A stretch of 55,460 bases of DNA, counting the filler, from Sphacelaria rigidula (lineage: Eukaryota): NCBI GenBank assembly GCA_964200075.2. It is 5 parts of 5 records of this genome, joined end to end, with 100 filler letters (N's around TTAATTAATTAA, not from the genome) between each part and the next. Parts side by side here need not be neighbours in the genome. Positions count along the whole stretch, not along the records: positions 22,225 to 33,236 come from CAXNAA020005537.1; positions 33,337 to 44,348 come from CAXNAA020005538.1; 3 more parts are not named here. One strand, 5' to 3'. Position 1 is the first letter of the stretch. Every line of letters starts with the position of its first letter. The translations under genes were made by a program, and so were the position numbers. Below are positions 22,573 through 34,132 of the stretch, piece by piece. The notes under the pieces are model-generated. The model worked only from the letters and a program-made list of their open reading frames with translations, ran no database searches and had not been told where the DNA came from.

Positions 22573-25500
22573 CCGGATTGCAAGGAAGATCGGGGCACGG
22601 GGGCGCTAACCCGCAACAATGGAGGTGATGAAGTGAGGAACGACCAGAGCAAGGAAGACGAGAAGGAAGCAAGTGATGCGATGGTCGAGGCTAAGTACGA
22701 CTCCGGTAGCGGCGGCGGCAAACAGCTAACCGACAAGCTCAGCAACAGGTGAGAAATAGACCCTGATTGGCACCATGCGGACTAAACACGTTTTGAGACT
22801 AGGAGAATTGACATGCTCAGCAATGAACGGAGGTTTGATCATCAACGAATTTATATGCATTCGTCGTATTATCTCTCTAAGAACGAAACTGCAAACAAAT
22901 ATAGTGGACGAGACTCTCAAAGCCACGCCCACGACCACGATCCGCACTCAAAACCTGGCTGCCGCCAGTTCCGACTCGAAGAAACTTCCTCCCGTCTCCA
23001 AGAGTCGATATGGGCAAGGTTTGGTGCCTTTTCGAGTCGATTTGGGCGGATCTGGTGGTTTCCAAGATCCCGACGGAGAGTCAGCAGGAAGGCGAAGGGA
23101 GGCAAAGCTGGCGTCGGAAACGTCTCGGCGACTTCTGGAGGAGCGCCGACGCGCCCAGGAGGTGCTGAGAGAACAGGTGATGTATGTCCCCAAGTCCTCC
23201 GTGTAAATGGCCAGAAACTTCGTGTTGCTGGGCCGGAAAAAAATGGTATGTCAATGTATTTGCGATACGTCTTGTAAAGGTGTTACTTTTAACATCCTGA
23301 AGCAAATATTTGGCATACAGTTTGTGCCTAGCAGACAGAATCCCTGTATATGGTACATAGTGTGTGTAAATGGTCTTAGATTACGTGTGGAGTATACCTA
23401 CAAGTTCTCGATTTCAGTAGGCAGCGTTTTGGTGTCAAAGTCGATTCTTCCTGCGGGCTTGCAATGGCGATTCCTTCCGGGTAGCGTGTGTAGGATCGTC
23501 GGGCGAGCAACAGAAACCGCTCCTCTTGGTGTACGCTATATGCACGACGAGCACGTTGTACTGCATCCGCACTGACCCTGGTGTACACCGCACTCTACTT
23601 AGCTTGTGTAAACCGCACTACCTCTCGAATATTATCATCAGTCGGACGTCAGTAAAAAGGACGTTGCTGAACGCGAACAACACCTGAAGGAGATGCGCGA
23701 CCGCATCGTCAATGCGAAGCGTTTGGGTCGCGAAGAAGAGGCGTCCAAGGTCGAAGCTGCTGAACTGAAGACGACCGCAGGCGTTGTAGGTGAGAAGAAA
23801 TTTCGGAACTGAAACGGGGAGGAATGTGACCGGGGTACCCTCTGAGCTTTCCTTGCCTTTTCCCGCGTAACCCTTCGGCCGCTGGAGGTGGTTCACTTGT
23901 GAATCGGCATCGTTTCCAATCCCTTTACAAGTGAAAATGGTATCAATTCATAAGTGGACGACCTCCGGCGGTCAAAGGGCTAATGATTGATACAAGTCAA
24001 GACTTCGCGCAAAACAATCACCCTCGTTACGTGTGTACCTGAGCTTGAAGCCACGACATGACCAAAATATTGAGAGACATCTCCGTCTTGATCAGACCCG
24101 TCCTCGAAGCGGCATGGGGTGAACAGCGCCGAGAGGGTTTATCCTCCCCATTTCTTGTTGAATCTCGCGATCAAAGATATGATTTTGTGTCTCATCCATA
24201 GATACGTCGACGATACGAGGCCGAATACGCATGAAGGCAGGAACTATTTGACCACCTTCGTGATAAAAAAACACGACCACAATACCTCACCCGCAGAGTA
24301 ACTTCGGCACCGGGATAACGGCCGCGACTCTCGGCAAATTTTTAAAGCGGCTGGAGACACATTTTCTTTGTAGACACCCGTGGCCATCCACGAGCGTGTA
24401 ATTCAAACTGCAGAAATGAGTTTCACCGTATCATAGCAGAAGTCAGCCCTGGCGGACTATCTCAGATACATACTTTTGCCCGGTGTGTCTGGAGGTGCAC
24501 CACCTGCGATGGAAGTAACAGACAGCGGGCATTCACAGCGGCCTCGTGGGTTTTCGATGTTACGCAGCCAAGTACGGTATGTCATCGTCTGTGCACTCAT
24601 GCCGGGGCACCCCGCGGAAAGCGTCTGCTATAGGTTAGTAGGGCAAACCGAAAGATTCGGTGGGGGGGAGATCAATGATTCATCGCAATTTCACGCTTGC
24701 TTTGCGCCGAGCAGGCTCGACGCCTTGTCGTCATTTCACGGCTACACCAAATAGGATCCTTATCCGTATTGGTTGCTTTGCTTCCCCCCTTATCCCTGCC
24801 CCCCTGATGCCCCCGTACACTCACGCGTCTTATCCGCTATTGGAGATAAAGCCAAGCGCTGTCGAGAGACGAAGATGGTAGCAAATGACGAGGGCAAGAG
24901 CAGTGCGGCGGACCCCGAAGACTGCGGCGGTGGGAAAGATTTTGCGGAGAAACAGAGGCGCGCCATGCGCGAGGCTCTGGGTCGGAGGATGAAGCGGGAG
25001 CTGATAGACAGTGAGCAAGAAAGACTCAGCAAGGTGCATATTCGTGTATATACATGCATATTCGTGCAGATGGCAAAGTAAATATACGGTTGGAACCGGT
25101 TATTGAGAATGTTACTTGAAACAATGCCTAGCTATTCCTGGATGTATCTGGGGATAGCGTGAGCGGCATTTGTTTTCTGTGGAATTGTTCCTCCTTAACC
25201 TTTCGGCTCTCCACGCAAATATATTGTTTCGTCTTCTGGTATGCTGGTACCACTCCGAGAGATCTTCCAGGGTGATGACTGGTAGGTCTGGATGGAGGCC
25301 AGCTGGACACGGGCAACTACCTCAACTTCATCAAAAATAATGTTAATTGACCTATCGATTGCCGCATTACTGTAGCTGATCCGCTTCAACCCCAGCTGTG
25401 GCCACAAGATAGACGTACCCCGAGGAGAGTAAGCGAAACCACTGGAGGAAGTTCAAGAAAGGGGGAAATATATGAACATTTACTAGAGCAAACCGAAAAG

Positions 25501-27404
25501 GAGAACAACACTAGGTAAGGATAGGAAGCGGAGCGCAAAAAGGAAACAAAAAATGCTATTAGGCTAACACATAGTAGTACCTGTTCCGAGAGACATTCCC
25601 TCAGACGGTCCCTGCTGCACAGCTCCAGGAAAGGAGATTGGACGGACGTAATACAACCCCCACCCCCAGAAAACAAACACAAAAAGAAGGAAATACGATA
25701 AAGGAAGCAAAGTGGGAAGAGAGGGGAAAGAAGCGAGGAAAAAAGCGAAATGTGAAAAATGTAAGGGGAATAAAAGACAGGGAACCGAGGAACACAACAG
25801 AGCATGCGCAGTAAATATAGCTAGGGGACATCGGACACGTTCTACGATAGCCCCCCCCCAAAAAGTGGCTGGTTTGGGGATGAAAATTATGAACGCGTAG
25901 AATGACAAAAGCCGAGTAGCAGCTGACAATTCCCACGCTGGGGGCATTTTCGCCAATGTCGCCCATATGAGGCGCTTCATGCAGCCTGAAACCAAGCATC
26001 AGGCGCTGTGTGACCACTTTCTTCGTGACAGTTTTGGGCTGGTTCGGGGGGGGGGGGGGGTATCGTGAAAAGACTCATCGCTAAAATTTGAACCTAAAAG
26101 AAAAAAAGGCAACGACCAATAACACAGGACAGGGGTACCAGTTTCTGTGCCACCCCCACCCCCATCCACCGTTACTTAATCAGGAACAAAGCGAGCCTCT
26201 CTTTCCACCATTTTCACCTTGAAACCCTTGGGAGCTATTGGTGCAGTTGTGTACCAGCGATGGTGGTGTTTCTTTCGCCGGCTCTCTCTTGCTTGTGACA
26301 TGGAATGTTATTGGTCCATGGGCGCGCAGGAGCCTTTTGCCGTGGTTGAAGGGGCGAAAATACATTATTGTTTTCTTTTGTGCACAATTCTGCTGATGTG
26401 CACTCGAGAAGTTCACAAATGCATGGTTACATGTAGTGCTGGCGTGTTCACTGCCACCGCTTTTGCTGTACTGTGGCAGTCAACGTACTGGTGGTTGTAG
26501 CGTATGCGCGAATAGTTATGACACTTGGCATATTCGTGGTAACGCCATATTTTTTTTCAAATAATGTCTCTCCACCAAGAAACAACATTCCCAAGCCCTC
26601 CAAAAACCCGTACATCAAACCGATCAAGGGGCGGTAGCCAAGTGACATCGAGGTGCCAACCACGGTCGGCAAGGTGCTGCATACAGTATCCCGCACGCCA
26701 GCGGGCGGTGACAACCTTTTGTGTCAGTGATCGAGTTGATCTCGAGCGTGAACTCCCACTAGCATAACCGACGGTCGCACGATGTGTTCACGGCGTATGT
26801 CTCTTGTAATCCCTGCGTTTTGCCTCTCGCGTTTTGTGGCGTTTATCGATTGCAGATCCAATCGGAACAATTCGCCGACTTGACTGGCAAGCTTCGCTTG
26901 GTGGAGAAGCTACGAGACGAAAATGCAGAGAGAGAGGCAGAGGTTGCGCGGGTACTGCGGCAGCGACAGCAACACCGGTGAAAAAATGAACGCCTTTATC
27001 GCAACGCGTTTTACGTGAAGACGCAAGTAACGAGACCTGCCGGCGGCGGATTGTAAGGCGCACCGCCATATTGCTGCGAATTAATTGAAAATGCGGCTCA
27101 CAAGCTACCAAACAACGCTTGCTTGTTCTTGCTGAACTAAAATCATATGCTACCCGTTTCGACAATGTTCTGCTTTGAACCGTGTAAATAATGCCCTGCT
27201 TATATCGCGTGGGGTTTACATTTGTCATTCCCTTCTTCCTCCGACTCCACCGATGGGTTGTTTTCCTGCCCAATACCCGTGCTCCTCTTATTTGATACAT
27301 GTCGCGGCAATGGGGGTGATGCCGACAGGGCTCACAACGTGGCGCTGTCGGCCAACGCACACGGAGCGGAGAGCGACGATTTCACCTTCGGAGAACAGGG
27401 TTAG
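22573..27404 (+). CDS. Coiled-coil protein, probably CFAP36/CCDC104-like (cilia/flagella-associated); 5'-truncated
   Basis: Phase-compatible exons: 22573-22748, 22969-23176, 23642-23789, about 24846/24882-25033 (acceptor ambiguous), 26856-26977 and 27329-27404 (TAG). EREQHLKEMRDRIV and RRAMREALGRRMKRELI resemble the CFAP36 C-terminal helices. The N-terminal BART domain is not in this segment, so the name is tentative. Confidence 0.7.
23871..23979. mobile_element. 109-bp piggyBac-like MITE, intronic
   Basis: GTAA|CCCTTCGGCCGCTGGAGGTGGTTCACTTGTGAAT ... ATTCATAAGTGGACGACCTCCGGCGGTCAAAGGG|CTAA. Confidence 0.75.
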
Positions 27405-30400
27405 CCTTTGACCCACCATGCACAACACGGTGCAACTCGACGACATCGGTTCGGCGAAAGGATAACGTACACGCTACGAGTATGCCAAACCTTGAAATTC
27501 AGAGGAGTGCGGGGAGGAGGATGAACCGGGGAATCACCGCTATGTACAAAGTGTACGATTGCCCCCAGCTGGGCTATATGTTTTCTCCTAGATGATGGTG
27601 GACTATGATTGGTACCACATTGTGAACTTGTGAAACATGTATCCGCGCGGTTGATTATATCACTGTTGTGTAGTATCGCACCCTCTCCGGACTTTTGTCG
27701 TTCCGGATCGAGAAGCTGCGCAACCCAATGATCAAAAGATCGGATGTCTACATGGATTGCTCTTTGTCTGAGTAAATCCTATCTGCGCTTTTCAACCAGA
27801 GATTGGTTGAGACGCGCAAGCACTTTCCAAAACACTCATCTAAGTCGGCGGTGGTTCGGCGCAAGCGACTTGTGCGGCGTGTACTCGTTACGATCTTCGA
27901 CGGATCACGCCTCTCGTCCGGCATGCGGACGATCTGTGACACGGTTCATTTTCGCATCATCAAACCCTAGCAGATTCGCGCTGAAGGTTTCGCGAGTTTA
28001 CTCGCACATCGTTGTCTCTCCAAGTAAGTACTCATATATTAGAAGACCATGCCCATATTCAAGCGCTCCCGCTGAGATTGGCGATACACCCGTAGTACAC
28101 AGTACAGCGCTGTTGTGCCGTACACGTAGTGCCGCGTTGCGAGTGTCGTCCATGAATCAAGTGAGCTGCGACCGAGATCGCATGAAGGGAAATTTTCGTG
28201 GCACCCTGAGAACGACCATCAGTGCAGTACATCCCGTCAACGGCGGTGTAGCGGTCATGCGGGCAATCGAATTCACCAAAGGAGAGAGCAGAGCACATGG
28301 AAAGATCAGAGGTAACACCCCTTTATCAGTTCGCTTGTAAACAACGGCGGCGGTCGTGCGTGTGCTGTCTACAAAATGCCGCACTCTTTACTTTAAAGTG
28401 GGGGCGTGCATCAGGTATATTATCAGCCCATATCTATTTATGTCTATATCGGAATAAATCACACGTCGGACGGATCACTTTCTATAGGACACAGTTGATA
28501 CAGCTCAAGTGTGAACACACCTGTGTACCCGATTCGGGTGATACAGTGTAACTAGTTATGGAACGGTCCTCGTGATCCAGACATTATCGATTAGGAGGGA
28601 GGTATCTTGAATGGGTTATAAGAATACATAGGTTGTTCTTCTTGACATTTCGTGTACACCTGATTCGGATTACATAGGTGTGCCCAAGAAGGTCATGTAC
28701 GGATATTATGCTCGGGTCATACAGATCATCATCTATCTGACATATACTTCGTATCTACGAATCACACGGGTCATACAGATCATCACCAGACGGATGCAGG
28801 GCATGTACGAATCGCGCGGGTAGTACGGAAGATCAGGTGAGGAATACTGAATGCTGTTTATTGTATACTTCATTCCGATGCGCCGACAGTGCACGTCTTC
28901 AGAAAAAATCTGCAGCTCTACCGTGGAACCACTCGGAATCAAATATATGTATTTCATGTTCCATATGCCCGGGTTGCTACAGCCAACGTCCAGACTTGTG
29001 AACATGCATTATACCGAGGCCATACAGGTTAACAGTTGAGGGAGCTGAATACTGCTTTCTTGCATGCTTGATCCGGATCTTGAGTACTTGATCCGGATCT
29101 TACGGGTGCGGGAAAGGGTTTCTTGTATACTGTACTACGAGATTCCGATTCCACCGGTAAGGGGTAGCTTTTGGTGGTGTACATGAGATTAAAATCACTC
29201 GGGTCGACGACGAGCTATTGCGCTTGCCTGACCCGAGTGATGTAAAAGGCTCGATTCTGTGTTCGGGAAGAATCGATGCTTTGTGCAGAAGCGGGGAGAA
29301 TTTTCCCAGATGTTTATAGTGGTTACAGTATGTAGAAGCCATTTCAGAACTTCTTGCCAAGGGATTTGGGAGATGGGTATGTGTAGAACAAAATGTCGTG
29401 ATGCATCCATGTGTGTCGAAATCAAATATAATTAAATACAAAAACGCGATATTGATTGGAGCCTGATAAGGCGGTAATTTATCGAGTCGAAAAAAAGAAG
29501 CGGGAAAAAGAACAAGCACCCGAAAGCACCATGTTGATTTATCGCCGCGCGACTGCGTAACATGCGTACACGTACCGGTTGGATCGAGCCAGGAAGACAG
29601 AACAGAAAATACGACACGTCGGTTGGAAAATGACTAATGTGACGTGTGGTGAGTCACCGTTTGTCCGCACCAAAGCAATCTCGATCAGTCTAACTCAAGT
29701 CCGAGGAAGATGAACTGGTGGTTGTATACGAAAAGGGGGGGTGTCTTGCTAGTTGTGGTGGTTAGTGCTGTGCTCGTCCGCCTCCGATCACCCTTCGATC
29801 CCACCGTGTGGGAAGATGTGAGTACAACAACAACGGCCAAACTCTGTATTACCCCGCGTTTCATCGTAAGTGCACTGTTGTACTGTGTGTAGGGCGCACG
29901 AAAATTGAGACAATCCTCCGCGAGGCCAAGGACGCTCACTGCGTTGACACTATGGAACCCCGGGCACGAGACGGCCGTATTGCACTCTGCACGTAATGTG
30001 TGGTCCTCGGGTACGCACTTCACCCCAAGAAGTACGCCGCCTCCTGGTCTCCTCGCGTGCACGTAAAACCCAATTGCGAAAGAGGTCTGGTTGCATGTCG
30101 GGCGGTAGAGGTGTATTGAGGTGCTACATATTGAGCGTGAACAACGGAAAGCAGTAAGGTGGCACCTGCTGTGCGCAGTACTGTGGGTAGTTCTTTCTCC
30201 ACCGCTTTTTTCCCCAGCGTGTGCACAGCACTACGTTGTATTTCCAAGTTCCTCTGCAGCCTCGCTACACGTTATCGGAAGCGGTGGGTTTTCATGTCCC
30301 CTAACGACCAAAACCATATTCCTCTTGACGGCCAGAGGCTAGCGCGCAGCAGCACGCTCCAATCAGCACTAGCCTACAGTCTCGTCGGGTGTTTGGTGAC

Positions 30401-30423
30401 TGAGTGGGATTCAATTATACTAA

Positions 30424-30614
30424 GGCCATGTCTTATCAAATTGTTTTCGTGTCGAAAACGTGCGGTCGAATCGAATTCGCTCTTTTCTGATTCGTCCACG
30501 CCACTACTTTTCTCAGATGGTTGAGAACATGAATGCCGTGGACGTACGATGGTTCGAGCAAATTTGATTTCACCGTACGTTTCCGAGTCAAAAACAATTT
30601 GATAAGACACGGCC
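30424..30614. mobile_element. PIF/Harbinger (Tourist-like) MITE
   Basis: TAA|GGCCATGTCTTATCAAATTGTTTT ... AAAACAATTTGATAAGACACGGCC|TAA, with ~60 bp TIRs and a 3-bp TAA TSD. Confidence 0.85.
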
Positions 30615-33336
30615 TAAGTGAGGGGAAACTTGACGTCAAGCGCGCGGACATCATAATGGGGAATATCCTCGTTGATTCTACCGCTTGTTTAGTTGTTAAT
30701 TCACGTCAAGAGATGCGTATGTAGCCAAAGGAGGGTCTTCTGTTTGATAGATTCGAATACCACGAACAGGAGCCGTAGCGTTGTGTTGTCTGGAATTTTT
30801 GTGAGGGTTTAGCGCACCAGGTTTGATTTCGGTTAGATCTAGCTTACAGTAATGCACGAGCCAGGAGTCAACGTTTTTGCAGTATAATTCATTCGTCTTG
30901 ATCTCATATACATACAGGTGTTCAGACATAGACCCAAATCGTGCAAAACTATTACGCAGAACCATGGAAAACATTTTCCGGACCTTTGACAAACTCGAGA
31001 TGTACCGTAAGTATTTACTTGATTAAATTAGCGGGCGAGCCCGCAACACAAGCCAGACCTCGCACACACAGATGAGAAAAACCTAAAGTGCATTGAAAGA
31101 AGCGCGACGCAAACTCAACAACACTTGGCACTCGCCCAAAGTTTACGACCTGTCCAAGATCAGGCGGAGGCCTAAAACATGGGTCATGTCCTGTTTCACT
31201 ACTGTACCGCAGCAAAAACATACTCAAGCCCTCTCTTATGTATCGGAGCTTTCATTGTACCTCGTACTTTCTAGAAGCTTCACTAAGGCACCTGTATCTC
31301 TATTGTAACAACCTCGTGCCATGGACGGGAGATATGTAGACCTTTGCTCAACTTCTCAAGGCTTGAAATCGCCGTTACACAACAGCAACGCAGGAAAAAG
31401 TACAGGTACGCATTGCAAAACAGTGCGGTAGCGTCGTACAGTGAAGAAATGCCTTGTTTTGAGGCAGGGGCTGAAGACAACGAACCCGAAGGGATAAAAG
31501 TTATTTTCGACTATCCTCTAGAGAACAGAAATATCACAAGAAGTGGGCTTCAATTCAAGGTTAAATTGGTTGATTTTGATTGATTTATTGATTGTCGCAC
31601 TTTAACTGGCCCCCCGAGGGTCCAGCCGTGGTCGCACGATAGACGTATCCAAGAAAACCAAAACTGAAACACTCGCTCAAGAAAAGAAGGAACTCAAAAG
31701 AGTCGAACAGAACAGCATAGTAGAGTAAGAGTTAAAAGTTATTGAAAATGCTTCGGACCCCACCCATATTGTGTCTACACACAAATCCTGCGTAGCAGCG
31801 AGAAAGCTATTGCTCACAGGCAAACCGGTTACTTCGACCGACGCTGGGGCTCCTCCACTGCTCGCCAAGTTCTAGTGGAGTCGTGGCGTCTGATATATTC
31901 TCCTACAGTCCGAGCACACTGCGGTCAACAGCCCTCGCTGTTCATGTTTGTGCGCCTCGGGGTATGTACTATCTTGCTCCAATCGCCGCAATAAAACCAC
32001 GTAACGTCTGACTACACTAAAGTCAAGTAGTTACTCTACCTCTCAATAAAGCCAAGAATTTTTATTTCTGTAACATAAATATTGTGTTATCCGATGTTAC
32101 ACAAAAAAAAAAGACATCTTGGTACCATACTGACGCCGAGGACTTGCCTAAAACAGGTACCAGTCGTCGCAAACCATTTGGCCGTTTATCCGCGCGTTAG
32201 TGCTGGGGCACAGTCTATACCTGTCTGCGGCCGGAAAACGTTCAGATATATCTAAATCTGTCGTCTGCCTTTTTTAGTTTAGTTTGTAAATGCCGCTCTG
32301 AGAAGGCAAATGCGAGTACGAGGCGACGTAGTAGTCACTCAGACAGGTTCAGGTGCAACAGCCGATGAAATCACCGCACGCTTTACACTACCGTGACATG
32401 ACACGGTGCAGGCCCGCTGATGAACGTACGCACAGGAATATAATGTAATTACGCTTGGTTATTCCCCATCTGCCTTGTAGTGGGTTTATCTCTCACAATC
32501 TGCTCATCTTTATTTATCTCGCTTGCAGGCAACGGCCCTTCCTGCCATGAAAGGCGCCCTGGCGCTGAACGATCGCCTACTTGCAACAGAACATTTGCAC
32601 GCAGGGGATCTCGTCGCACCTGAGACGTTCGCCATTGGTACGTTAAACTAGATCGTACTTTGCTGCCTACGTTTTGGTCCTCTACAATGCTGGTCATTCT
32701 CTTTTATATCTCAGAGGTGTTGTCTGTCCACATAAGCTGATGCTCTGCGAGAGAGAGGGATCTGAATACATGCACAACAAGGAATTCACAACGGCAACAT
32801 ATATTGGGCTTGCGTATTACGTGATCGTGTCATGCTGTGGGCTTTATGGTGTGTGGCTGTACCGTAGGCTGTTTTGCGCTAGGTATTGTCTTCAGTATTG
32901 GCTGGTTCATGTTGGGACTACAATCTGAGCTGTCTACATGCATCACAGAAAGTGAGGAATTGGATGTACGTAGACATTGGCTGTCGAGGAAAGATGCGCT
33001 GTATTCAAGATGAAACTGGATAAACACACCGCATACTTGCGGGTTACCTGGTAATAATTCTCCTTTGGTGCCAGACGGTACCCAAGTAGCGTCTTCTTCT
33101 GCTTCTTTCGTGGAAGTCGACACTTCGATACCGCCCCCCCCTCCCCCCTCTGAAACAGGACGGAGATAAGATATGTAAAAGGTTCTTGTGTAATGTATGG
33201 AAGGCACGTAATAAGCTACGGAAGGAAAGTAATGAGNNNNNNNNNNNNNNNNNNNNNNNNNNNNNNNNNNNNNNNNNNNNTTAATTAATTAANNNNNNNN
33301 NNNNNNNNNNNNNNNNNNNNNNNNNNNNNNNNNNNN

Positions 33337-33409
33337 CATGCTCGTTGTGTTTTCGAAAAACATCAACGAGTGCACTCGTCTCCACGAGTGATGGCTCGTC
33401 CGACGTATG
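33337..33409. mobile_element. Right end of the hAT-type repeat-array element (third copy), at the segment start
   Basis: CATGCTCGTTGTGTT...GAGTGCACTCG...CTCGTCCGACGTATG matches 4777-4849. Confidence 0.85.
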
Positions 33410-34132
33410 AAACTGTAGTCTACACACCCCTTGTCCTGGGTAAGATAGGTTGCACTAATGTCATTCGCGAGGAGTGGTTCTTATACCTGCATCATATTAT
33501 ACAACTGTAAACAGTATACTGTATGAGAAACTGTTTATCTTGTACCGTCTGAAACTACACAGAGAGGAAGACATGAAGAATCAGAATCGCCAGTTAGCCT
33601 GCAAGGAAGTATTGTTGTGTGTCCCAAGTTTACTGCGAAATCGCCTACTCACTCGAATATACAGTTGTTGCAGTTATACTGGGTGTGTGACCTAGACGAG
33701 TACGGGACCACCGCGACAGATCCAGGTACATACAACAGTATTATATTGTAGTAGTACGTATACTGAAACGCGGACAGCAGGGACGAGGAGTTGAGTCGAA
33801 AGGGCATGACTCTAGAGACATACCCTTTGGTTCAGTCCAACAACAAAAAAGGTAACCAAAAATAAAACCGTCGGTAAACCATCTTGCATTTCCGTCGGTA
33901 GTTGCCAAAAAAATCTGTGCGGGAAAAGAGAAGAGAAAAATCGCCTGAGACTTCGTAAGAGGCGTTTCCATCGCGTCATCATGTGCGTGTAGTATCCAGA
34001 TAAATCGAAACAGGCGCCTGGAAAAAACTCTCAGTTCTGTCTTTACTGTTCCGTGCAACAAAACGCTGCAGCACCAACCAGTCGACACTGAATCGCGACC
34101 TCCACGGCCTCCACTCCCCCCCGTTGAGAAGG

